Positions 26,702-40,345 are shown, numbered from the whole stretch's first letter. The stretch is 63,300 nucleotides of DNA, filler included, from Rhabdomonas costata (GCA_019059605.1; 57 parts of 57 records of this genome joined end to end with filler, not necessarily neighbours in it); one strand, 5' to 3'. Program-made: numbers and translations. Notes: generated from the letters alone by a model not told the origin.

Positions 26702-27559
26702 GGGTGTTGGTTCCTGTTCCGCGATGCCCTGGAGCTGACTCCGGGCAACGCCTTGCTGGAGGAGCTTGTTTCGCAATGCCTCACCCGCTCGAATCGCTCA
26801 AAGGAGTGCAAGGATGCCCTTGATAGAATCTTTCAAAAGCCCGACGATCATGCCCTGGATTCGCCATACACCTGCGCCAAGGGCCCGCCTTACCTGACCT
26901 TCATGGGCATTCTCCTTCCTACGCCGAAGGGAAGAATCCCTTCCATCGAGCCTGATCACCAGCTGGTGATGGTGCCCTCGATGCTGTTTAATATAGCCCG
27001 TGGCCTATGCTCGGTATACACCGGGAATCGAGTGCTTCTCTGTGGAGGTTGTGCGACGGGGAAGTCCCGGTGCATCCGCGAGCTGGCTCGACTGCTGGGA
27101 TGTTCCTCAGACCAGCCAGGCCTGCACGAGAAGAGGGCAAAGCCTGTGTCCGTGAACTGCTCCTTGGTCAGCTCGGCCCATGAGATGCTGGGCAGCTATG
27201 TGCTGGCCAAGGGAGGAAAACGAGGCGCCGTCACACAGGAGTTCAGGTGGCAGAATTCGAATCTTGTTACGGCCTTCCTGCACGAAAAATTAGAGATACC
27301 TGAGACTCCAGACGCTTCTTTTCGCCCCTCAAGCGCCAGGTCGGGGCCCGGGAGGAAGCACGTCCTTGGGACCGTGGCTTCCTCGCAGCGAAAGCCTTGG
27401 ATTGTTGCTCTCGAAGGCCTGAACCAATCTCAGGGTTCCAGACAGCAGCTTTTGGTGCCCTTTGTCGATACCCGGCACCCAGTCCTCCGCCTAGTGGGTA
27501 AGCCCTCTCCTCAAAACGCGGCCCAGACCCCTCTGCTCGCGACAAGCACGACGATGGAG
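26702..27559 (+). CDS. Dynein-related (midasin/AAA_5-like) AAA+ module of a large protein
   Basis: VLLCGGCATGKS Walker A, VNCSLVSSAHEMLGSY, EFRWQNSNLVTA, WIVALEGLN at the Walker B position; GTGTGC donor at 27560. Confidence 0.75.
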
Positions 27560-27978
27560 GTGTGCTGGTTTGCTTCGTACTGTAATGGGATTGTGGAAAC
27601 AGATTGTGGCAGATTGTGGCAGCATGAAATCCCTCCACGCTTGCACCTTGATAATATGCTTTTCCGTGGAGTGATTTCATGCTGCCACAATCTGCCACAA
27701 TCTGTTCCCACAANNNNNNNNNNNNNNNNNNNNNNNNNNNNNNNNNNNNNNNNNNNNTTAATTAATTAANNNNNNNNNNNNNNNNNNNNNNNNNNNNNNN
27801 NNNNNNNNNNNNNTGTGGTGGGTGTGGTTGGTTTTTGTTGGTAGCGGACGGATGAGGCGAGAAGTGTGTGTGTGGGGGGGGTCTTGCAAAAATTTGACTT
27901 TCGCTGTAGTTGAACAGCCTTAAACACCAACATTTTGTTTTTCAACAAGTGACTGCACGGGGTTTAAAATAGGTGTAC

Positions 27979-28706
27979 CTGTGCTCACTAGATGACGTAA
28001 TGCTATTTGAGCGAACGAGGTTAGGTCTTTCCCACCGTTTGACGGTGTTAAGCGTGAACCTGGACTCCAACAGAAGGTCCCCGGTAGAACTGGTGAGGTT
28101 GGCCATCCACACGGCATCCACCGTACTCCGAAGAAAGCTGGCCTGGCTCTGCGCGAAAGGGATGATGTACACCACCCCAAGCCCAGTTCCGGGGACAGGG
28201 CTGTACCCCAGGAAGGCCTTTTCCCCGGTATACGAGACCCCTTGCAGTCCTCCTGAGGAACCCGCCAAGGCCTGAGCCGCCGCAAAGAGGGTGGCATTGA
28301 ACACCGCGCTGCAGTTCGGGCTCGAAGGGCCAGAAGGACAGCCCGGCATTGGAGTCAGCAGGACGGTCCCATTGGCAAGAGCCCCGTACCCCGCGGAAGT
28401 GTTCCCCGTGGCTTGGACCAGAAGGGCAACTTCGGAGATCCCCGGAACAGCTCCATCATTGAGGCTGCGCACTACGGAGGACAGGGCGTCCACCTGGACA
28501 CCCAAGCCGGAGCTGAGGAGCGCGGTGAGGTGACGTGAGACCAGCGCAGCGCGCTGCTGGACGGCACCTCGCGAGGTGGAGAGGAAGAGTTGGTCTACCA
28601 CCCCGGCCAGGAGCTGGGTCGCCATCAGGCTGCGGGTGCTGATCGTCTCCACGCCGCTATCGAAGACCATGTAGCGCACCATGTCCGCCATCAGCACCGC
28701 GTACCT
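27979..28706 (-). CDS. Large exon, probable extracellular Cache-like domain of a membrane receptor
   Basis: TCAG acceptor; GGLQGVSYTGEKAFLGYSPVPGTGLGVVYIIP resembles the C-terminal dCache motif; NxS/T sequons; 3' boundary uncertain. Confidence 0.65.
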
Positions 28707-31700
28707 CTGACTTAAATCCTAAATCAAACCCCACCTTGTTGGCTGTCAGCCAGATCTCTGTGTCTTGTCTTGGAAGGATGGCTTTGAGGTGTTCCAGCAC
28801 GCCACGGTGACCCTGGAGTCGCACCNNNNNNNNNNNNNNNNNNNNNNNNNNNNNNNNNNNNNNNNNNNNTTAATTAATTAANNNNNNNNNNNNNNNNNNN
28901 NNNNNNNNNNNNNNNNNNNNNNNNNGGGTGATGTGCAATCCAACCAACGTGTGCACAACGATGTTTTTGATTTATTGCTGATGCATGGGGCATTAGTTTC
29001 AGTGAAACCGTGAAATGGGAATCGGTGGGTTGAGTGACATATCAACCCTGACATGCATCTTTCTATTTCAGGGCACGTGGAGCACTTCCGAAAGATCGAG
29101 GACAGCTTCCTGAACAACCCGTTTGTGTTACTGGGGAGTGGGGGCGAAAATGTCGAAAGAGGGGAGAATGGAGAATGGGTACGTGTGTGTGTCGCATGAG
29201 CAGGTTCCATGTTCGTGTGATCGGCATGTGTGTATAGGTGTGTGCGGTGCGCCCTACGATTTTCGGTCACGACATCCGGTTACGAAGCCGGTTCGTGACA
29301 CCCCACTGTAGTTTACTCTGAAAATCTTCGTCCAAAGTGTATTGGTAGGGAGTGGTTTTCCGACTTTAAGCTGCTAATCAAACACCATTTAACAGCTTAA
29401 ATTTGCAATAGACCGCTTTGTAACCACACCGCGGGGTTCTTGGTTCCACATAGGGTGTATCAGCCCTCAGAAACTCTCTTACACAGCCGACTCAACTCCA
29501 ATTTATGGCCTTGCGCTCGACTCCTGTCTTCCTTCTTCAAGTCTCGGAGGCTGCCTTCCTTTCATCGGACGACTTTTCTCCTCCCCAGCTTCTCGTCAAC
29601 CCTGCAAAGCGACACGAGCCCGTCTGCTGTCGCACCTCCACCACCTTCTACATCCACGGCTCTTTCTACTCCAGCTTACTTTGCCCTCGCTTCCGCATCC
29701 TACCAACCCTCATTTTGCACTCTCTGCGCCGCGGCGTAGCTGTTGACTTCATCTCGCATGGAGTATATCTCACGACAAGCTTTGCGTGTGTAGTCGCTGA
29801 CGATTGTCCAAAGCCAAACGCCCTTCCCCCAGCAGGTGCAGTCTACGGTAACAACGGTGACATCTTCTCCCTTTCAACTGTCGACTTGTGGCCTGTTCTA
29901 CCTCCTTCAACTGACGCATTTTTTCCAACCACCCCACNNNNNNNNNNNNNNNNNNNNNNNNNNNNNNNNNNNNNNNNNNNNTTAATTAATTAANNNNNNN
30001 NNNNNNNNNNNNNNNNNNNNNNNNNNNNNNNNNNNNNGTTGGGGGGGCTCGGGGCACCCTACGGAGGGGTACTGCTTCTTCGTCTACCCAAAGCACCATT
30101 CCAACTTACCATTCCAAACAACGATTAGATGGGTTACTGCAAGGGAAGCTGACCAGGCTGGGCAGGGGCACCACGATGCCATCCTCCAAAAGAATGCCAA
30201 ACTGACCTCCCTGCACCTCGCACAGCGCACGGCCATTGTAGAAGGGCTCGAGGTACTTGAACCGCCGCAAGGCGTGCTTACCACCCACAGCTTCGCCGCC
30301 GTCTCGGCGCATGGGATACCATCCCCGCCCGTCCCTGGAACGGACAAGCACCACAAGCATGCGTGAAGAATGGAATGCTTGGAAATCTGGTGGCAGAGAT
30401 TCCGGTGAGCTCGCACACACAGGTGCTTGCAACCAAAACCTCCAAAACCCCGAAACGCAATAACAATCAATCCATTCTCAAAGGCAAACGGCAGCGCTGC
30501 ACTCTTAGCACAGGAACAACCCGCACAGCACTCCGTAATCAGATGGTCCATACCGTAAACGCAACCGTAACCGTAAACGTAAACTGATTCAAAGTTCCAT
30601 CACCAGCGAAAAAGTGATAGTCCAACATCGAGTGATACACCAGTGAAAGGTTAGAGAAAGAAAGAGGTGGCCGGAAGGAATGAAAAAAAGAACTGTGAAC
30701 CGTGAAGGAAGCACTAGCGGAAGATAAAATGTGCAAAATGCCCCAGGGGTACCAAAAGGCAAACAAACCCCATATTCTTCAATGAAATCGAGCTTTCTGC
30801 CATGTTATACAATCCAAGACTAAAATTCTAGAATTGGTCATAACTTTGGTCCATGCGAAAAGTGACGTGCTGCAGCACTTTCTCAACCGTGGCCCCAACA
30901 CCCGGCTTTTTGTGACCCCGGGGTCGGAAAAGCCACAGCGACAGCTTGCAAAACTGCGCACCTGGCCAGGGCAGTGCCCTTGTGGAAAGGCAACAGCATC
31001 TCGGCCGGTGATTCGGGAAGCGCTGCCTCGGATCCGTCCACACAACACANNNNNNNNNNNNNNNNNNNNNNNNNNNNNNNNNNNNNNNNNNNNTTAATTA
31101 ATTAANNNNNNNNNNNNNNNNNNNNNNNNNNNNNNNNNNNNNNNNNNNNTTGTTGGTGTAGAGGTGTTGACTGCTCTTTAGCATGCAGTTCCTCTGTGAA
31201 AACGTGGTTTGCATGAATTATCTTCTGTACGATTTCTTTCAGTCACCTGTGCCCGGTGGTACATGCGATTTTATCAACTTGATGTGGTGGCTCATGTTGT
31301 GATTTGAAGGTTCCGTTGTCGCGTGTTTCTGAAGTTCAAAATGGAAAGCTTGGAAAGCTTGTATTACAATAATTCATAGAGCGCATGTACAAGTTGCATG
31401 CGCGCCCGTTGATTGGATGGTGTCGAAGTGGTTTCGGCCTGTTGAACCTGTTGTTAAAAAAACGAAGTTCAGACGGACCTGGTTAGTAGTAGGTATGGCC
31501 CAGGAGTATTTCGTGCTGGCACCGGAGTGAGCCAGAATGCTTTGGTTGAGTGCTGTGCTAGAAGTCTTTTTCGAGTCATTTGGGGCCGTTTTTGTGACTT
31601 TTTGGCCCTCCCTCCCTCCCGAAACTGGTTCAGCACGGCCAAAAGTTCAGGCTGGACGCCGACGTGGAAAACGTCTTCCTGATCATGCGCAAAGCTAGTA

Positions 31701-33085
31701 AAAGACGATGGGTACTGCGTCATAGAAACCGGCCACCCTGTCAACAAGTAATCTTGCCATTTGCTACCACCACATAACAATGCCCACAAGGATGCACTTC
31801 TGGAGAAGGATCCGAAAGCAGGAGGATGAAATCAAAGCTTTTATTGGAAGCTACGGCGTGAATGCCTTCGGCATGATGGTTCAATCCAAGGCGGATGTTG
31901 TAGTAGAGAAATCGCCCGACACGGTGGATTTTGCACCATGTGCCCAAGTCGCAGAACCTGACCGAGGGCAACTACGCCAACGCCGCGGTAGTGTTATGGA
32001 TAATTGAATGCCCACGAGAATTTCAGCTGCCAGATTTCCAACCAGGCATGCTACACTGTTCACAAAGCGCAGGCATACCGTCTTCGGCCCGTAAATCCAT
32101 TGCGGTTTGCCGCTACATAGACTATATCTAATTGGAAGGCGTGCCACTCCAATCGCAAGACNNNNNNNNNNNNNNNNNNNNNNNNNNNNNNNNNNNNNNN
32201 NNNNNTTAATTAATTAANNNNNNNNNNNNNNNNNNNNNNNNNNNNNNNNNNNNNNNNNNNNTTTTTTTTGGGCTTTGATAGAAGAGTGAAAGAGCACGAC
32301 TTTAGGGGGGAAAGGCCAGTTTGCCGCTCGGCCAGAGCGGACGGCTGAGGTGGCAACGCGCCAGCTATGACTTAGCTAACTGCAATGATTGCTTCTAAAG
32401 CGATTCTAACAGTAACCGTTGCCATGTCAGCGCCCTTAGATGTATCTGTTTATTAATGGGTGGGTGGGGGTGGACGATGAGCGATAGCATTCCCTTCCAC
32501 CACAGCGCACCAAAAACATGAAGAGAGAGAGACAGAAAGGGCAAGGGAAGTAGGGGGAAGAGTGCAGGCGCTCACCAGTTAGATTCTCGGCAATGACCCA
32601 TCAACTTTCACAATGACAAAATTTTCAACAGGTTAGACAAAGCAAAACCAGAGGCGCTACTGAAAAAAGGCACAGAATTATTCAGGGCACCCGGAAAAAT
32701 CATTGCGAAGAAGTGATAAACCAATAACTGGTGTGCAGATGCAAATTCGCTGCGCCCTTCTTCCTGTTTGCCTTTTGTGATCACATTCACATTGTGTTCT
32801 TTCACACTGACACACAACACGGATGAATACTCTCCCGGGTCGAAGAACCTCGATCCTCGCGGGGTCGTCTCCCTGCTTACAAGTTCCTTCTTTCAATGAC
32901 GCACTGGACTGCTTTGTATTGGTTCAAAGGCCACCAAACTGAAAATCAACAGGTTCTTTTCGCGTCGTCGAATTCGAGAAACACCAGCCATCGTTTGCAA
33001 TTTGTACGTGGGTATGGATGCCTATCGCCGTATAACTGACCGTATGACGTTTTTTCACATAGGTTCGGGGGAGTCAGGAAACTGT

Positions 33086-33143
33086 GACTTAACCCGTGCT
33101 TTGCGACTAAGACAGACTTAACCCGTGCTTTGCGACTAAGACA
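33086..33143 (+). repeat. Perfect 29-bp tandem duplication
   Basis: GACTTAACCCGTGCTTTGCGACTAAGACA present twice. Confidence 0.95.
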
Positions 33144-33881
33144 CCGGCCTCCAAAAGTTGTTGTTGGTGGAGCGTTCACAGCGTTACACGGTTTAACTCC
33201 CGCCAGGCAGGCCGACAGCCCGCCAGGCAGTTGTTAAATCGTTTAGACCGTTTATTGTTTACCCCCCCACACCNNNNNNNNNNNNNNNNNNNNNNNNNNN
33301 NNNNNNNNNNNNNNNNNTTAATTAATTAANNNNNNNNNNNNNNNNNNNNNNNNNNNNNNNNNNNNNNNNNNNNGGGGTTGGGTTGACAAAGGTGCAAACC
33401 CACGACGAGTCCGTTGCAGGAAAAAGGCCACACTCTTTTGGGAGGAAACAAGATAAAATATGAAAGGAGAACTGCACCGATAGCTGCCTCAGTCACAAAG
33501 GACACACATCAACGCACAGACAACCAAGATGTGCAACCCCCTTGCACCTGCCCAGCCAGCGGGCCTGAGGAGTGTTGCATGTCCGTTCACGCCTAAATAA
33601 TGAGAGCACATACCTAAAATGGAAGAAGCTCGAACGCCCCTCGCTCCTCAAGATTCTAACTTTTCCTTTTCGGCTTACCGAAGAAGCCAGAACATCGCAG
33701 AGAGCTTTGCTGCGGAAGGGGTGACCAAGTTTCAGGGACAAGGGAGCTTGCAACTTCCCATAAAAGCATCTTATAAACAAGAGCGAGAAGGGTGCGTCGA
33801 TCGCCGAACATCTCCACGGAACCACCAATTCATTTCGTTTTTTCGAAAAGGAATGGAAGTACTCCAACGCGCAGCAACAAC

Positions 33882-34046
33882 CTTCGCAGCTTCCAGTTTG
33901 CGCCCACCTCCCAGCATAGGTGCAATACCAATAGCCCCCACCAGCGTACCCCATCGCACAGCCGAACTCGCAATGGCAATTAGCGTACCAGCACGTACAC
34001 TCCGCCATGGTGGCGTTGGGAGGAGTTTTTGGGGCACCACACTGTG
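33882..34046 (-). CDS. Exon encoding one sushi/CCP-like domain
   Basis: cag|QCGAPKTPPNATMAECTCWYANCHCEFGCAMGYAGGGYWYCTYAGRWAQTGSCE|gt: C-x2-P...F-x-C-x2-GY...C-x3-G-x-W...C pattern; 165 bp, phase 1-1. Confidence 0.75.
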
Positions 34047-35056
34047 CTGAGATGAGTGAAAAAGATTTAATGTAAGCATAGAAACATGGAAACTAGGGAT
34101 GAAGCAGAGGCTAGCGCGCACCGAGGTCAAGCCGCACCACCATTGTTTCGCAATCGAATCAATGAGGAAATGAGAAATTTATTATAGGTTGCACAGTATT
34201 TTTATAGGGCTGCACAGTCGGAGTGCTGTTTTAACCTTCTTCGCAGCACAGTTTCTTTTTTTTTGCTTCGTGCTGCACCTCCAACACAATTCCCCTAGCC
34301 GCGGGGGCCCCGAGTCAGCAGAAGGCCAATCTAAACCTTTCCATGCACTTCCGAGCCCCTTGCTGTCTCCACGCTAGCGCGCANNNNNNNNNNNNNNNNN
34401 NNNNNNNNNNNNNNNNNNNNNNNNNNNTTAATTAATTAANNNNNNNNNNNNNNNNNNNNNNNNNNNNNNNNNNNNNNNNNNNNGGGGGGTGGTTCGAGGT
34501 GTTGTTTTCAATCAAAGAGGGGATTTTAGCAGCATATGGTTGGACGAGTGAATTGGCATGCTGAAAGAGGCCACGGACGCGCGGACGCGCGTCATTTGAG
34601 AAAAGTGAATGGGCGGGGAATAACACAGAAACGCAGCCGATTCACAGCCCTGTGCCTGTGGTTACCTTTTGGATTGAATGCTAGCACGGTTCACTCCGAA
34701 AAAGATACTTCGATCGTAGCGAAAATTACGGGTTGTTTTATTCAGCTGAAGGCTGAAGGCCCATTTGTTTTTCTTTCCTCGTTGCCTCGTGTGCCTTTTG
34801 TTGGGTTTGAGTATCGGTTCTCCGGACCCTTTGGTGCGGCAAATCAATTGGTGTGGCCGTCTTTAAAGTGTGAGTTGAAAGTGCGCATGACCGCCAAAGT
34901 CAGTCCGGCCACATGGGTAACTTCTCAAGGTCTGACAAATAGAAGGATAACTGTGCACTCGATCTGCGTCTCAATCTGGGCTTTTTATATGTAGTGTATG
35001 TATTTGAATGTCACGACATCTCTGTTGACTGCAGTTCTTTCTTTCTCGCGTCGCAG

Positions 35057-35207
35057 GGGCAAGTCATGCTTCGGGTCAATCACCCCCCAAATGCCAATGG
35101 TGCCAGAGTGTCTGCCCCCTCGGGGGTGACGATCTCCTTTCAGCTTCCCCACAACGACAGCGATGGGGACATTTTGTACTGTGTTATCAAAACACTTCCT
35201 TCTCAAG
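35057..35207 (+). CDS. Exon encoding a bacterial-type Ig-like / cadherin-like tandem repeat (Big_9-like)
   Basis: VNHPPNANG...ISFQLPHNDSDGDILYCVIKTLPSQG: NxxP, DxDGDxL and PxxG motifs; CAG acceptor, GTGTGA donor. Confidence 0.7.
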
Positions 35208-35663
35208 GTGTGAATGCTGAAAGACGAGGTTGGGGAGGGGGGTACTTTTTAGTGAAGGTTTGGGAAGCGTGTTAGGCTTCCTTCTCTTCTCTGTGGGTGC
35301 TGCTGTTGGACTCATCATCCCTTTGAGCGCGGGGGAAGTCTTTATGAAACTTGGTAGGTTGCAAAAGTCAGCCGCAGGTGTCCCCCTCAGAAAGCGCAAT
35401 TGGATTGCGCTGAAGCAGCCATGGACATTGTTATGCGAGGATCAACGATTTATCATAATTGCCCTTACCTTCCCTTCCTTTCCCTCCCCAAACCCNNNNN
35501 NNNNNNNNNNNNNNNNNNNNNNNNNNNNNNNNNNNNNNNTTAATTAATTAANNNNNNNNNNNNNNNNNNNNNNNNNNNNNNNNNNNNNNNNNNNNGCACA
35601 ATGCGCTCAACGCACCCTCCCCTTCTGCGGCTTGCTCGTCATCCTCCTCCTCCTCCTTTTGAG

Positions 35664-35828
35664 GTTGGGCATGAGTACACATTTGCTTTCATCTGCAAGT
35701 TCCTTTTCGATGCCGAAGGGGAGGGTGCGTTGGCGAAGGTGGCGATTCCAGCTCTAAGCCCGAAGCCTTTCCGGGTTCTATCCGCGATGCCGTTGCCCAT
35801 TGAAGTGGCCACCCAGGGCATGAGTCAG
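35664..35828 (+). CDS. Probable internal exon, unknown protein
   Basis: Pyrimidine tract then TTTTGAG|VGHEYTFAFICKFLFDAEGEGALAKVAIPALSPKPFRVLSAMPLPIEVATQGMSQ|GTAGG. Confidence 0.45.
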
Positions 35829-36765
35829 GTAGGAGTGCTTGCGTGCGTGCGCCATGAATGGAGGTAGTTGAGAATCAAACCAAACAAAATGTAACCAAAA
35901 AGGGCAGCCCATTGGATTTAACGTACCGGTCTGATGCTGCAAGCATGGCCGAGTGCGGGGCGGTTTCTGGAGAACCCCAAGGTCTTCCATACAAGAGCCA
36001 GGAATATCAGAGAATCGGCTGAAGGTCTTTTCACATTGTAGTCTACGCAGTGGGGTCAGGCCGAGTCCGAGAACGGTTCCTAGGGTAATCCAGTGGTGGC
36101 CACTTGCACAGGACGAGGTCAAACGACCCGGACCTCTTTGGACTTTTTGCCACATTTTGCTTCCGTGTGCATTTTTGTGCGGAGATGAGAGGACTGCCCT
36201 GCTCAGGTTTGCATCCTGCTGCGCGAGGCTGGGGAACAGAGGGCGCACCGCTGGAGGACCGAGATGATGCCCTGAAGTTGCAAAAGCGCTTCTCATCTGT
36301 CAACGGTGTGCCTTGTTCCTGCGCGGCGACGTTGCTTGCTCATGGAACAGCTTTGCGCTCCCCGATGCCAACGTTACCACTCACAAGAGTTAGTCATGTT
36401 TCAAGTTGCCCGCGCGCTTTTATCACAATCTAACCGTCGAGCCCCGTGCTTCGATCTTGCTGCAGATTTCGCTCGGGCACGGGCACCCCACCCCCTCCGT
36501 TTTAAGCTCAAGCAGTCAACCGATTTTTTTTACACCTCAGGTCATCTCTTTCTTGTGTTTGTGTCGCTTTTTGCCTCTTGGTGAATAACCTGCTCGGCAA
36601 AACCAACNNNNNNNNNNNNNNNNNNNNNNNNNNNNNNNNNNNNNNNNNNNNTTAATTAATTAANNNNNNNNNNNNNNNNNNNNNNNNNNNNNNNNNNNNN
36701 NNNNNNNTCCGGTGCCCCACTCCCTCTCCCTGCCTCCTTTCCCCCTTTTTTGGCTCTCGACACAG

Positions 36766-37712
36766 GTCGCAAGAGCATGGCTCGACGGACCTCGCAAGGC
36801 TCGAGCTCAGACAGGCCTTCCCTTACCGGCAGCCGGAGCGTGGCGGAGAGCGAGTCGGGGCGGAAATTCACGTGTGCGATGCGGTTTGGGCTTGCCATGG
36901 GCCCGATCACCGCAGGGGTGTTGCAGGGCACGTGCCCCGCTTTTGACATCTGGGGCAAGACGGTGAACCTTGCGAGCCGGATGGAGGTGTGTCTGGCGCA
37001 CTGTGTCATGTTTGGAATAGTATGATAGAGCTGAAAGTTCAGTGGAAGCCACGCGGGCCGTCATTACCACCAGGGCGCGGACGGGCTTTCGGGTTGGTTG
37101 CCCACGAATTTCTGCAAGCGTTCATGTTCTTCTTGTGCTGCCTGCCTCTTCTTTCTTAATGGGCGTTTCCCACCAATCGACCGCCCACCGCCTCCGCCCG
37201 TCAACATTTGCCTGCTCTGGCCACTGTTTGCCTTTTCTGGACGTCTCTATGGAATTCCCCGCCTGCGTATTCTCTGTTTTTCGTCCGAATTAACTTGTTC
37301 AGATGCTGATTCGCACCCCGCTTTGTCGAGCATGGCGCCTTTATGCGCTGCATGTCTTATTCTTTGGGGACAGTTGTGTCTGCTCGTGTTTGTGTATGGT
37401 TGTGCGATGTAAAGACAGAAAAGAAACACACACACACACACACACACGTGAAGGAGAGCGGGGAAAGCTGTTGGATGGGGAAACAAAAGTTTCCAAACAA
37501 AACTATTTAGATGCTGGATCGCACCCCTCTTTGTCGACCATGACGATTTATGCGCTGCACGTCTCTGCCAAATAGAGCTCTGGCGTCCCAGGCAACGTGC
37601 AGTGCTCCGAGGGGGTGTACCAGGCCGTGGCCGGTGCCCCCGACTGCCCCGTGATCTTCGACAAGCCCCACACCACATATGCCAAGGGCTTTGGCAACAT
37701 CATCGCGTACAA
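36766..37712 (+). CDS. Class III adenylate cyclase catalytic domain (C-terminal half); exons 36766-36986 and 37576-~37712
   Basis: MRFGLAMGPITAGVLQGTCPAFDIWGKTVNLASRME|SSGVPGNVQCSE...AKGFG; GTGTGT...TAG intron joins in frame. Confidence 0.93.
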
Positions 37713-40345
37713 CCACCACNNNNNNNNNNNNNNNNNNNNNNNNNNNNNNNNNNNNNNNNNNNNTTAATTAATTAANNNNNNNNNNNNNNNNNNNNNNNNN
37801 NNNNNNNNNNNNNNNNNNNGGTGTTGTGGGTCGGGGAGTCTTAATCAAAGGGTATGCAAACATCCCAAGTGGCAGCTAGCGAGCAGAGTGATCTCCGGGT
37901 GTGCACCTAAAGTACTTCCCTGCAATAAAACAAATGATCTCATTCTTTCCAGCTGTAGTAGAGCAAATCGAATCTGTTCACGCATTCCACTCCAACGAGC
38001 GCAGCTGAGGAGCGATCATGGCAGCAATAAATATAAGAGGGTAGGAGAGTGAGGGAACACGAGCACGTGCTGACCTGCGCACGAACTCTCCAACAGAGGA
38101 AGGTGAGGTGAGTCTTCGGCGGCGGCGACGTCTGCGGGTGTACAGGCAGAGGAATGTTCCTGATCCTCGAGCTCCATGACAAGGACAACGGGGAGAAACT
38201 CCGGAGGGGAGCCACATGGGGGCTCAAACCCCGCACTCTTCTCGGCAACAGAACTGGATGAGAGACCCATATGCTGGTCGCTCATGAAAGAGAGGGAAAT
38301 GTAAACAATAAGAGGAGAATCGAAGGATTTAATACAAAACACTTTCAAGGAAGTAGGAGCCTCTGCTTCAAAGCAGGAAAGAACAGTTTGAAAGGTTCAT
38401 GGCAGGACAGTGAACTGGATAGCAAGATGGCGTATTCGGCTTTAAACACTCAACACTCCAGTTATCAAAGGAGAGCGAGTGAGAATCAAAATGAAATGAA
38501 AGGTAAAACCAGGGTCAAGCATAACGGCAGCCACATTATCGCGTCATAGCACGGGAGGAACTGCTTTATCGAGTGGAATTAATCAAAATCGGATGACAAA
38601 CGGACACCAGTGAGTTCTTCCCTCGGCAAAAAGTCGATGCCGGACTGCCTGAGCAAAGAATTTTTGAAGTTTCAAAGCTCCAAGACTAAAGGTCGGTTCC
38701 TATGCCCATGTTACGAAAAAGAAGGCGCAGAATTCCAGAGGTGAAAATACACCACATTCACAAGACAACGGCTGATTAACTTGAAACGGTGCGGATGAAC
38801 CAATGCCTCTTGACACACTTGAACAACACACNNNNNNNNNNNNNNNNNNNNNNNNNNNNNNNNNNNNNNNNNNNNTTAATTAATTAANNNNNNNNNNNNN
38901 NNNNNNNNNNNNNNNNNNNNNNNNNNNNNNNGGTGGTGTGTAGAATATGGGACAAAGGGAAGAGGAAGAGTGGGGTGGGGGTGGGGTTACGTGGTTAGTT
39001 ACGGTCGAGCATTCTCACACGCGCGCCTTGATGGCCCACAACCCTTGTTGATCTGTCTCTCTTCTCACTCACTCACTCACTTTTTCCTTCTTGCTCACTC
39101 TGTGTACTTCTCTTTTCTAACGATTTGCTTTCTAAATGGCCCAAAGGATGGGAAAGAGGCGGACGTAAACAAGCGACAAAGTGACAAAGGATCTTTCTGG
39201 AAGTGAAGCGCGGCAACCCCCCCTCTCTGTAAATATACACTGAAATAAGGCCCCCGTGACTGGGACCCTGCGTTTGTTCTAGAATTACCCAAAAGTTTTT
39301 TTCAGGTGCTATCCCCCTCCCATACACTCCTCACTGCATCACAACTTACCACCCTTTGCCCTCCAAGGGTGTGCATCCCCCACAGTTCTGAGCACCGCAC
39401 GCGTTTTCTGCACCACCGGCATCCCAAGGTTATCTTGTTATTTAAGTGAGTTTGCTGTTTGCTGTTTGTTGTTTGCACCTGGATCATTTACATAACAGTG
39501 CTGACGCCGTGCCGTGCAGATTATTCGCTCAAAAAGATGCTCTACAGCAGTGATTTCGGGCACTCTCGGTGAGAACATCAAAAACCCTTCAGCCCTCTTC
39601 TCTGGAGAGAAAGGTGCCCATTAACACGCATCCATCCCTCGAGGCATCCAGCCTCTCCCCCACCCAGAGGTTTTCTGCCCCCCGGTGTGCAGCATTTTGC
39701 GGTTCAAGGGCGGCACGAAGTGTACTGCCAACCACATAGTTCCCCTAGTACCCCTTCAATCACCACTTTCGGGGTCTCCCAGAGGATGACGAGGTTGAAG
39801 AGCCCGATGTGGCACCCCCACTGCCTCGATCGACGGAGTACGGCTTGTACCGGTTGCCTCCCCCACCGATGGAGAGGCCCCACTCCCCACGGCTGGGGCT
39901 GGACCGCCTTGAGGTGCTGCTGCCGCTTCCGCTGCTAGTGCCANNNNNNNNNNNNNNNNNNNNNNNNNNNNNNNNNNNNNNNNNNNNTTAATTAATTAAN
40001 NNNNNNNNNNNNNNNNNNNNNNNNNNNNNNNNNNNNNNNNNNNTGCTTTTTAGCCTCAGTGCATGAAAACGTTTAAAACATATCGTGTGCATCTACACCA
40101 GCCTAGCGGCATTTTATAGCGTTTCCAAGACTTCAATTGGAAACTCGTAACGTACTAAATTCTGAGTTCGAGATGTAACTTACCTTATACATACCTTATA
40201 TAATTACAACGAATCTCAACTTCTCTACGGAAACTCTCTTCAAAAAATCAAAGCCGTTTTATCACCGTTTTCTCCAGCAAGACTCGATTTAGCTTCGCTT
40301 TGCGTTTTTCTTTTTTTTTTTTTGCTGGTTTCTCATCTTCTGCAG

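Noticed and set aside
33086-33143. 29-bp direct repeat as a mini-CRISPR
   Set aside because: Two abutting copies with no spacer, in a eukaryotic context with no cas genes
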